Of a stretch of DNA of 47,990 nt, positions 25,766-36,187 are shown one piece after another. Origin of the DNA: Chiloscyllium plagiosum. Taxonomy: Eukaryota. Position 1 is the stretch's first letter. Every line of letters starts with the position of its first letter. Below the pieces are notes generated by a model that made no database searches, was not told the DNA's origin, and saw nothing but the letters and a program-made list of their open reading frames with translations. The stretch spans positions 5,331,774 through 5,379,763 of the forward strand of contig NC_057756.1 of the NCBI RefSeq assembly GCF_004010195.1, given 5' to 3'. The position numbers and the translations under genes are program-made.

Positions 25766-27454
25766 CTCCTGTTCCCTGGATGCTGCCTGACCTGCTGTGC
25801 TGTTCCAGCAATAAAGTTTCAACTTTGATATCCAAATGAATCCAACAAGAACTGGACCAAGCATATGTGGTACTCATAATCTTCTTCATCCTAAGTATAC
25901 GCATGATTTTACTACAACTGCTAAGTATTTCATCAGTAATATTTTCAGCAACATAACACAAAACATCGCAGATAAGAAAAACTGCAGCATATTAACATGC
26001 CAAATTTCCCCTAAAGTAAATGCATTAAAATTCCATCAAATTTGACAATATTGTTATGTATTTGGCTTTAAGGGGTTAACACGTAGGGGGTTCCATACAA
26101 CAGCCAAGCAGGGTGAGATCAATAGTTGTGATGTTGAGAAGATATGCTCGAGATGCGGTGGAGGGCACCGTCGAACACGTCGGGGGGGAAATTGCGGTCC
26201 TTGAAGAAGGAGGCCATCTGACTGTCATATAACAAACAGCATTACAGCGCAGTACAGGCCCTTTATGGAACCACCCGGCTAATAAAGGAATATAGAATCA
26301 AAGATCATAGAGCATTTCAAAGCAGTACAGATTCTTTGTGGAATCGCTCGACTACTAAAGGCAATTAGTCTCATTGAACACAGAACATTACAGCGCAACA
26401 CAGGCCCATTATGGAACTGCTCAGCTAATAGAGGAAGTTAGAATAATACAACACAGAACATAACAGCACAGTACAGGCCCTTTATGGAACCACTCGGCTA
26501 ATACCGGACATTAGACCAATAGAACATATAACATTACAGTGCAGTACAAGTCCTTTAGGGAATCGGTCGACTAATAGAGGAAGTTAGAGTCATAGAACAT
26601 ACAGCATTACAGCGCAGAACACACCGTTTATGGAGCCGCTTGGATAATAAAGGAAGTTAGACTCATAGAACATACAGCTTTACAGCTGTACAGCTGTTGT
26701 ATTAGTCTGGTGTCCATTATCTCCCGAGCGGTTGCGTAAAGGGCCTGTACAACGTTGTGGTATTCTTTGTTGTATTAGTCTAACTACATTTATTAGCTAA
26801 GCGGTTCCACAAAGGGCCTGTACTGCGCTGTAATGCTCCATGTTCTATGAGTCTTACTTCCTGTATTAGCTGAGCGAATCCATAACGTGCCTGTACTGCG
26901 CTGTAATTTTCCATTTTCTATCAGTCTAACTTCCATGATCATGCAAGCGATTCCATATAGGGCGGGTCCTGCATTGTAATGTTCTATGTTGTATTAGTCT
27001 AGTGTCCATTATTAGCCAAGCGGTTCCGTAAAGGACCTGTACTGCGCAGTAATGCCCCATATTCCATGAGTCTAACCTCCTTTATTAGGTGAGTGGTTCC
27101 ATAGACAGCCTGTACAGCACTATAATGTGTTCCATCTTATGTTTGTCAAACGTCTGGCATTAGCCAAGCGGTTCTTTGAATGGCCTGTATTGTGCTGTAA
27201 TGCTTCTTGTTCTATGAGTCTTACTTCCTTTATTAGCCAAGCATTTCCATGAAGGTCCTGTACTGCGCTATAATATTCCATGTTGTGTTTGACAAAGTTC
27301 CAGTACTACCAAGCTGTTACATAAAGGGCCTGTAATGCGCTGTAATGTTCCACGTTGTATTAGTCAAACTTCCTTTATTAGCGCAGCGGTTCCATAAAGG
27401 GCCTGTACTGTGTTGTGATATCCTGTGTTGTATTAGTCTAACTGCATTTATTAG

Positions 27455-27656
27455 TTGAAACTTTATTGCTGGAACAGCACAGCAGGTCAGGCAGCATCCA
27501 GGGAACAGGAGATTCGACGTTTCGGGCACAGGCCCTTCTTCAGCCTATGCCCGAAACGTCGAATCTCCTGTTCCCTGGATGCTGCCTGACCTGCTGTGCT
27601 GTTCCAGCAATAAAGTTTCAACTTTGATCTCCAGCATCTGCAGACCTCACTTTCTC
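27455..27656. mobile_element. Fold-back PLE pLTR mini-element (type B, same subfamily as 25386)
   Basis: Near-perfect inverted arms; TSD CTAACTGCATTTATTAG at 27438-27454 and 27657-27673. Confidence 0.9.
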
Positions 27657-28816
27657 CTAACTGCATTTATTAGCCAAGCAATTCCACAAAGAACCTGTAC
27701 TGCTTCTGTAATGCCCAATGTTCAATGAGTCTAACTTCCTTTATTCGGCGAGGGGTTCCATAGACAGCTTGTACAGCGCTGTAATGTTCTATGTTGAATT
27801 AGTCGAACTTCGTTTCTTAGACGAGTAGTATCATAAAGGGCCTATACTGTGCTGTTATGTTTTATGTTGTATTAGTCTAACTTCCTTTATTGGCTGAGCA
27901 GTTCCATATTGGGACTGTGTTGCACTGTAATGTTCTATCTTCAATAAGTTTAATTGCCTTTAGTAGTCGAGTGGTTCAATAAAGGGCCTGTACTGCGCTG
28001 GAATACTGTATGTTGTATGAGTCTAACTTCCGTCATTATCCAAGCGGATCCATAAACAATCTGCACTGCGCTGTAATGCTGTATGTTCTACGACTCTAAC
28101 TTCCTTTATTAGCTGAGCGGTTTCATCAAGGGCCTGTTTTGCGCTGAAATGTTCTATGTTCAAGAAGTCTAATTGCCTTTAGTAGTCGAGCGATTCCATA
28201 AAGGAATCGCTGTAATGTGCTATGTTGTATTGCTTTAATGTCCGGTATTAGTCGAGTGGTTCCATAAAGGGCATGTACTGTTATGTTCTATGTTGTATTA
28301 GTCTAACTTCCATTATTAGCTGATCTGTTCCATAAAGGGCCTGTACTGCACTGTAATGTTTTATTTTGTATTAGTCTGGTGTCCATTATCAGCCAAGCGG
28401 TTGAGTAAAGAGCCTGTAATACATTGTGGTGTCCTTTGTTGTATTAGTCTAACTTCATTTATTACCCAAGCGGTTCCACAAAGGGCCTGTGCTGCGCAGT
28501 ACTGCGCTGTAATGTTCCATGTTCTATGAGTCTCACTTCCTGTATTAGCTGAGTGAATTCATAACGTGCCTGTACTGCGCTGTAAGTTTCCATTTTCTAT
28601 CAGTCTAACTTCCATTATCATGCAAACGATTCCATATAGGGCTTGTCCTGCATTGTAATGTTCTATGTTGTATTAGTCTAGTGTCCATTTTTAGCCAAGT
28701 GGTTCCATAAAGAACCTGTACTGCGCAGTAATGCCCTATGTTCTATGAGTCTAACTTCCTTTATTTGGCGAGCGGTTCCATAGATAGAACATTTCAGCGC
28801 TGTACAGGCTATGTTT

Positions 28817-28906
28817 AAAAATGTGATGCTGGAAAAAGACAGCAAGCCAGGCAGCATCCAAGGAGCAGGAGAATCGACGGTTTGGGCATAAGCCCTTCTT
28901 CAGGAA
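28817..28906 (-). mobile_element. Single-arm PLE pLTR fragment (type B), hammerhead mutated
   Basis: Similar to 24646-24725; ends GGGCATAAGCCCTTCTTCAGGAA. Confidence 0.8.
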
Positions 28907-29447
28907 TGTTGAATTAGTCAAATTTCTTTTCTTAGATGAGTGGTTGCAGAATGGGCCTGCACAGAGCTGTGATGTTCTCAGTGGCATTAGTCTGGAGTCC
29001 ATTATCAGGCGAGCAGTAACATAAAGGGCCTGTCCTGCGCTGTAATGCCCCATTTTCAATGGGTCTACTTTCCTTTATTAGGCGAGCGGTTCCATAGACG
29101 GCTGATACAGCACTGTAATGTTCTATGTTGTATTAGTCTAACGTTGTTTATGAGTGGAGCGGTTCCATAAAGGGCATGTACTGTGCTGTTATGTTCTATG
29201 TTGTATTAGTCTATCTTCCTTTATTGGTGGAGCACTTCCATAATGGGCCTTTGTTGCGCTGTAATGTTCTATCTTCAATGAGTTCAATTGCCTTCAGTAG
29301 TTGAGTGGTTCCATAAAGGGCCTGTACTGCGCTGTAAAGCTGTACGTTCTATGAGTCTAACATCCTTTGTTAGCCGAGTGGTTCCATCAAGGGCCTGCAC
29401 TGTGCTGTTATGTTCTATGTTGTCTTAGTTTATGTTCTCCTTTATTA

Positions 29448-29653
29448 GGAGAAAGTGAGGACTGCAGATGCTGGAGATCAGAGCTGAAAAATGTGTTGCT
29501 GGAAAAGCGCAGCAGGTCAGGCAGCATCCAAGAAGCAGGAGAATCGACGTTTCGAGCATTCCTGAAGAAGGGCTTATGCCCAAAACATCGATACTCCTGC
29601 TCTTTGCATGCTGCCTGACCTGCTGCGCTTTTCCAGCAACACATTTTTCAGCT
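29448..29653. mobile_element. Fold-back PLE pLTR mini-element (type B)
   Basis: Inverted arms; TCCTTTATTAG on both flanks (~29438-29448 and ~29660-29670). Confidence 0.88.
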
Positions 29654-31897
29654 CTAACTTCCTTTATTAGCTGAGCAGTTCTATCATGGGCCTGTGTTGC
29701 ACTGTAAAGTTCTATGTTCAATGAGTCTAATTGCCTTTAGTACATGAGTGGTTCCATAATGGGCCTATACTGCGCTGTAATTCTCTACGTTCTATGTATC
29801 TACATTGTGTTATTAGCCGAGCGGTTTGTAAAGGACCTGTACTGCGTTGTAATGTGCCATGTTGTATTGGTCCAATGTCCAGTATGAGACTAGTGATTCC
29901 ATAAAGGACTGTACTGTGCTGTTATGTTCTGTGTTGTATTAGTCTAACTTCCTTTATTAGCTGAGCAGTTCCATAATGGGTCTGTGTTGCGCTGTAATGT
30001 TCTATGTTCAATGAGTCTAATTGCCTTTAGAAGTCGAGCGATTCCACAAAGGAACTGTACCGTGTTGAAATGCTCTACATTCTTTGAATCTATATTCCTT
30101 TATTAGCCGAGTGGTTCCATAAAGGGCCTGTACTGCGCTATAATGCTGTATGTTCTATGAGTCTAACTTCCTTTATTAGCCGAGCGGTTCCATCAAAGGG
30201 CTGTACTGTGCTGTAATGTTCTATGTTGTATTGGTCTAATGTTCGGTATTAGCCGGATGTATCCATAATGGGTCTGTACTGTGTTGTAATTCTCTATGTT
30301 CTGAGAATCCATATTCCTTTATTAGCTGAGCGGTTCCATAAAGGACCTGTACTGCGCTGTAATGTGATATGTTGTATTGGTCTAATGTCCGGTATTAACC
30401 GAGCAGTTCCCTAAAGGACATGTACTGCGCTGTAATGCTGTGTGTTCTATGAGTCTATTCCTTTATTCGCAGAGCTGTTCCATAAAGGGCCTGTACTGCA
30501 CTGTAATGCTGTTTGGTCTATGACTCTGACTTCCTTTATGAGCTGAGCGGTTCCATAAAGGACCTGTACTGCGCTATAATGTTCTATGTTGTATTGGTCT
30601 AATGACAGGTATTCGCTGAGTGCTACCATAAAGGGCCTGTACTGCGCTGTAATGTTCTATGTTGTTTTGGTCTAATGTCCAGTATTAGCCGAATGGTTCC
30701 CTAAAGGACTTGTACTGCGCTGAATGTTCTATGAGTCTAGCTTCTTTTATTTGTCGAGCAGTTCCATAAAGGAACGATACTGCACCGTAATGTTCTATGT
30801 TGTATTTGTCTAATGTCAGATATTAGCCGAGTGGTTACATAAAGGTCCTGTACTGCGCTGTAATGCTGTTTGTTCAATGACTCTGACTTCCTTTATTAGC
30901 CGAGCGCATCCATCAAGGGGCTGTACTGTGCTGTTATGCTCTATGTTGTATTTGTCTAATGTTAGGTCTTAGTCGAGTTGTACCACAAAGAGCCTGTACT
31001 GCGGTGTAATGTTCTATGTTGTTTTGGTCTAACGTCCGGTATTATGATCTTTGATTCTATACTCGTTTATTAGCCAAGCTGTTCCATAAAGAGCCTGTAC
31101 TGCGCAGTAATGTTCCATGTTATATTGGTCTAATGTCCGGTATTAGCCGAGGGTATCCATAATGGGTCTGTGCTGTGCTGTAATTCTCTATGTTCTGAGA
31201 ATCTATATTCCTTTTATTAGCCAAGTGGTTCCCTGAAGGACCTGTACTGCGCTGTAATGTGCTATGTTGTATTGGTCTAATGTCCGGTATTAACCAAGCG
31301 GTTCCCTAAAGGACATGTACTGCGCTGTAATGCTGAGTGTTCTATGAGTCTATTAGCAGAGCTATTCCATAAAGGGCCTGTATTGCGCTGTAATGTTCTG
31401 TGTCGTATTGGTCTAATGTCTGGTATTAGACGAGCAGTTCCATAAGTTCAATGACTCTGACTTCCTTTATTAGCCGAGCGCATCCATCAAGGGGCTGTAC
31501 TGCGCTGTAATGTTCTATGTTGTATTTGTCTAATGTCAGGTATTAGCCGAGTGGTACCATAAAGAGCCTATACTGCGCTGTAATGTTCTATTTCATATTG
31601 GACAAATGTCTGGTATTAGCCAAGCTGTTCCATAAAGGTCCTGTACTGCGCTGTAATGCTGTCTGTTCAATGACTCTGACTTCCTTTATTAGCCGAGCGC
31701 ATCCATCAAGGGGCTGTACTGCGCTGTAATGTTCTATGTTGTATTTGACTAATGTCAGGTATTTGCCGAGCACTTGTACTGTGCTGTTATGTTCTGTGTT
31801 GTATGAGTCTAACTTCCTTTATTAGCCGAGCAGTTCCATCATGGGCCTGTGTTGTGCTGTAATGTTCTATGTTCAATGAGTCTAATTGCCTTTGGTA

Positions 31898-31970
31898 AAA
31901 ACAATGACTGCAGATGCTGGAAACCAGGATCTGGATTAGTGATGCTTGAAGAACACAGCAGTTCAGGCAG
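31898..31970 (-). mobile_element. Short PLE pLTR fragment (subfamily seen at ~7630-7676)
   Basis: GACTGCAGATGCTGGAAACCAG..GGATTAGTG; TSD CTAATTGCCTTT(G/A)GTA at 31882-31897 and 31971-31986. Confidence 0.85.
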
Positions 31971-32349
31971 CTAATTGCCTTTAGTAGTCAAGCGATTCCA
32001 CAAAGAATCTGTACTGCGTTGAAATGCTCTATGATCTCTGATTCTGTGTTCCTTTATAAGCCGAGCGGTTCCATAAAGGACCTGTACTGTGCTGTAATGT
32101 GCTGTGTTGTATTGGTCTAATGTCTGGTATTAGCCGAGTGGTGCATAAAGGGCCTGTATTGCACTGGAATGCTGCATGTTCACTGAGTCGAACTTCCTTC
32201 ATTTGCCGAGCTGTTCCATAAAGGGCATGGACTGCGCTGTAATGCTGTTTGTTCTATGACTCTGACTTCCTTTTATTAGCCGTATGGTTCCCTAAAGGAC
32301 CTGTACTGCGTTGTAATGTTCTATGTTGTATTGGTCTAACATCCAGGAG

Positions 32350-32620
32350 AAGAAAGTGAGGACTGCAGATCAGAGCTTAAAAATGTGTAGCTGGAAAAGC
32401 GCAGCAGGTCAGGCAGCTCAAAGGCTTATGCCCGAAACGTCGATTCTCGTGCTCCTTTGATGCTGCCTGACCTGCTTGGTCTGACATCCGGTAAGAGAGA
32501 AAGTGAGGGCTGCAGATGCTGGAGATCAGAGCTGAAAATGTGTTGCTGGAAAAGCGCAGCAGGTCAGGCAGCATCCAAGGAACAGGAGAATCGACGTTTC
32601 GGGCATAAGCCCTTCTTCAG
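32350..32620. mobile_element. Two adjacent PLE pLTR insertions (fold-back ~32350-32475; single arm 32497-32620 with an intact minus-strand hammerhead core at ~32589-32622)
   Basis: TSD GACATCCGGTAAGA at 32483-32496 and 32621-32634; TTGGTCT(A/G)ACATCC flanks the first insert (32331, 32476). Confidence 0.85.
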
Positions 32621-33524
32621 GACATCCGGTAAGAACCAAGGGGTGTAATGCTGTATGTTCTGAGACTCTAACTTCCATTATTAGCCGAGCGGTTCCATCA
32701 AGCGCTTGTACTGCGCTGTAATGTTCTATGTTACATTGGTCTAATGTCCAGTATTAACCAAGTGGTACCATAAAGGGCCTGGACTGGGCTGTAATGCTGT
32801 GTGTTCTATGAATCTAACTTCCTTTACTAGCCGAGCTGTTCCATAAAGGGCCTGTACTGCTCCGTAACGTTGTTTGTTCTATGACTCTGACTTCCTTTAT
32901 TAGCTGACCAGTTCCCTAAAGGACCTGTACTGCGGTGTAATGTTCTATGTTGTATTGGTCTAATGTCCGGTATTTGCCGAGTGGTTCCATAAAGGGAACT
33001 GTACTGTGCTGTTATATTCTGTGTTGTATTTGTCTAACTTCCTTTATTAGCTGACCAGTTCCATCATGGGCCTTTCTTGCACTGTAATGTTCTATGTTCA
33101 ATGAATCTAATTGCCTTTAATACTCGAGCGATTCCATATAGGATCTTTGATTCTATATCCCTTAATTAGCCAAGCGGTTCCATAAAGGGCCTGTACTGCT
33201 CTGTAATGCTGTTTGTTCTATGACACTGACATCCTTTATTAGCCGAGCGGTTCCATCAAGGGGCTGTACTGCGCTGTAATGTTCTATGAACATAACACTT
33301 CTGTTTTCGCCGAGCAGTTCATTGAGGGCCTGTACTGCGCTGTGATGTTATATGTCGTAGTGGTCTAACTTGCTTTATTAGCCGAGCAGTTACATAAAGG
33401 GACTGTATTGCACAGTAATGTAATATGTCCTGAGTCTAACATTCTTTATTAGCTGAGCGGTTCTGTAAAGGACTGAAAAAGCGCTGTAATGGTCCATGTT
33501 GTATTAGTCTAATGTCCTTTATTA

Positions 33525-36185
33525 GAGCTGAAAAATGTGTTGCTGGAAAAGTGCAGCAGGTCAGGCAGCATCAAAGGAGCAGTAGAATCAATGTTTTGGG
33601 CATAAGCCCTTCTTCAGGAATGAGGAGGGTGTGCCAAGCAGGCTAAGATAAAAGGTAGGGAAGAGGGACTTGGGGGAGGGGCGTTGGGAATGTGATAGGT
33701 GGAAGGAGGTTAAGGTGAGGGTGATAGGCCGGAGAGGGGGTGGGGGCGGAGAGGTCGGGAAGAAGATTGCAGGTCAAGAAGGCGGTGCTGAGTCTGAGGT
33801 TTGGGACTGAGAAAAGGTGGGGGGGAGGGGAAATAAGGAAGATGAAGAAATCTGCATTCATCCCTTGTGGTTGGAGGGTTCCTAGGTGGAAGATGAGGCA
33901 CTCTTCCTCCAGGTGTCGTGTTACCATGGTTTGGCGATGGAGGAGGCCATGGACCTGCATGTCCTTGGCGGAGTGGGAGGGGGAGTTAAAGTGTTCAGTC
34001 ACGGGGTGGTTGGGTTGGTTGGTGTGGGTGTTCCAGAGATGTTCTCTGAAATGTTCCGCAAGTAGGCGGCCTGTCTCCCCAATGTAGAGGAGGCCACATC
34101 GGGTGCAGCGGATGCAGTAAATGATGTGGATGGAGGTGCAGGTGAATTTGTGACGGATGTGGAAGGATCCCTTGGGGCCTTGGAGGGAAGTGAAGGGGGA
34201 GGTGTGGGCGCAAGATTTGCATTTGTTGCTGTTGCAGGGGAAGGTGCCGGGAGTGGAGGTTGGGTTGGTGAGGGTTGTGGACCTGACGAGGGAGTCGCGG
34301 AGGGAGTGGTCTTTCTGGAACACTGATAGGGGAGGAGAGGGAAATATATCCCTGGTGGTCGGGTTGTTTTGGAGGTGGCGGAAATGACGAAGGATGATAC
34401 GATGTATCTGGAGGTTGGTGGGGTGGTAGGTGAGGACCAGTGAGGTTCTGACCTGTTGGCGATTGGAGGGGCGGGGTTCAAGGGTGGAGGAGCAGGAAGT
34501 GGAGGAGATGCGGTGGAGAGCGTGGAGGAGATGCGGTGGAGAGCATCGTCAACCACGTCTGAGGGGAAATTGCAGTCTTTGAAGAATGAGGCCATTTGGG
34601 TTGTTCGGTATTGGAATTGGTCCTCCTGGGAGCAGATTTGGCGAAGGTGAAGGAATTCGGAATATGGGATGGCATTTTTACAGGGGGCAGGGTGGGAGGA
34701 GGTGTAGTCTAGGTAGCTGTGGGAGTCAGTCGGTTTATAGTAAACGTCCGTGTTGAGTCGGCCGCCCAAGATAGAAATGGAGAGGTCTAGGAAGGGGAGG
34801 GAGGAGTCTGAGACGGTCCAAGTAAATTTGAGGTCGGGGTGGAAGGTGTTAGTAAAGTGGATGAACTGTTCAACCTCCTCATGGGAGCACAAAGTAGTGC
34901 TGATACAGTCATCGATGTAGTGGAGGAAAAGGTGGGGGGTGGTGCCAGTGTAGCTGTGGAAGATGGACTGTTCCACATATCCTACGAAGAGGCAGGCATA
35001 GCTGGGGCCCACGCGGGTGCCCATGGCTACTCCTTTGGTTTGGAGGAAGTGGGAGGATTGGAAAGAGAAGTTGTTCAGAGTGAGGACCAGTTCAGTCAGT
35101 CTAAGGAGGGCGTCAGTGGAAGGGTACTGGTTGGTTCGGCGGGAAAGGAAGAAGCGAAGGGCTTTGAGGCCTTCATGATGGGGGATGGAGGTGTATAGTG
35201 AGGTTGGGGTTGGAGCAGAGGGAGTGGAAGGCTGCATGTTGTGAGGGTGAGAGGTTGGAGTAGGCAGGTTGAGGCGGTCAATGTCGCAGCGTCATTGAGG
35301 GTGGGTAAGAGGCCAGCACAGGGTGTCCAGGTGGATGGGGTGTGTTGGAGGCGGGAGAAGGGGTCGTCAGATGGTGGGCAGGAGTCCTGGTTGAAGAAGT
35401 AGGCGCGGAGGCGAAGGCAGCGGAAGAATTGTTTGATGTCTCGCTGCATGTTAAACTCGTTAATCTGGGAGCGTAGGGGAATTAAGGTGAGGCCTCTGCT
35501 GAGGACTGATCTTTCATCCTCAGAGAGTGGGAGGTCTGGAGGGATGGTGAAATTACGGTAGGGCTGGGCGCTAGGACCTGGTGTGGGGCTGGAGCTGGGA
35601 GTGGGGGTGGGGATCGGCGTGGATCGGCATGGGGACGCGGTTAGGCGTAGGGGCGGAGCTCGGTGTGGTGGCGGGGATTGGCGTGGGGGTGGGGATCAGC
35701 GTGGGGGTGGGGATCAGCGTGGAGGCAGGGTTCAGTGTGGGGGCGGAGACGCATGTGGCGTGATCATTGTGCAAGTGAGTTACGTCACTGGGGGCGGACG
35801 TAGATGTGGCGACGGCAACTCCGGGAGCGGAAGTGGCTGCAGCGACAGCAGAAACAATGTTGTTCCTGGTGGTTGTGGACCCCGCAGAGGCTGCGAATCT
35901 GTCGTGATAGTCTTCCTGGTGATCGTGGAGGCGGTTGTCTGGGCGGCGATCGTGGAGGCTGCATGGTCGGTGGGGGCGGAAGCGACGTCATGGTTCGCGA
36001 CGGTGGTTGCTGCAGCAGCCGCGTGGTTAATGGCACCCGAGCGGTTCCGGAGGCCGATCGAAGATTCTGGAACGCCTGAGGAATCCGGAATGTGGGGGTA
36101 AGTACATGAAAGTTTTTGGTACTTACTGTCTTTAATTTCCGATATGGCTAGGAAGAACTGTTTGTTTAGTGTATGGATTCTTTTG
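33525..36185 (-). mobile_element. Penelope-like retroelement, Neptune-type; 5'-truncated, frameshifted, with an internal deletion near 35195
   Basis: N-region LSEDERSVLSRGLTLIP and FFRCLRLRAYF; RT motifs LYTSIPH, GVAMGTRVGPSYA, YIDD, LPFLD, YYKPTD; Cys linker PCNSNKCKSC; GIY-YIG IIYCIRCTRCGLLYIGETGR; pLTR 33525-~33830 with mutated hammerhead. Confidence 0.93.
33826..35540 (-). pseudogene. Disrupted PLE polyprotein (reverse transcriptase + GIY-YIG endonuclease)
   Basis: Track ORFs 35096..35449, 33999..35237 and 33643..34323 are successive frameshifted pieces; boundaries approximate. Confidence 0.88.
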
Positions 36186-36187
36186 TG

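Larger units (their letters stand above)
25386..26222. mobile_element. Composite PLE insertion: long fold-back pLTR (25386-~25835) + unassigned ~275 bp + PLE ORF fragment (~26140-26222)
   Basis: TSD TGTCATATAACA at 25374-25385 and 26223-26234; last part matches ~34527-34600. Confidence 0.85.
23572..33524. repeat. ~73-bp tandem satellite, consensus ~TCTAACTTCCTTTATTAGCCGAGCGGTTCCATAAAGGGCCTGTACTGCGCTGTAATGTTCTATGTTCTATGAG (satellite C), with alternating monomer variants and an internal inversion
   Basis: CCGA recurs at 23739, 23810, 23883, 23956, 24029 (71-73 bp period). Confidence 0.95.

Noticed and set aside
10286..32620. Fold-back inserts as MITEs/DNA transposons
   Set aside because: Arms are unequal, TSD length varies (11-17 bp), junctions differ per copy, and the sequence matches PLE pLTRs
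23572..33524. CRISPR-like repeat-spacer array
   Set aside because: Whole monomers are homologous with no unique spacers, there are no cas genes, and the inserts are retroelement fragments in eukaryotic DNA
23572..33524. tRNA gene array (TAGCCGAGCGGT resembles a Leu/Ser D-arm, ~73-bp period)
   Set aside because: No B box/T-arm (GTTCGA) and no acceptor stem pairing seen; tRNAscan-SE would settle it
33643..35237. Active RT/endonuclease gene, telomerase, or a bacterial retron/group II intron
   Set aside because: Motifs and pLTR fit a PLE; the copy is frameshifted, internally deleted and 5'-truncated
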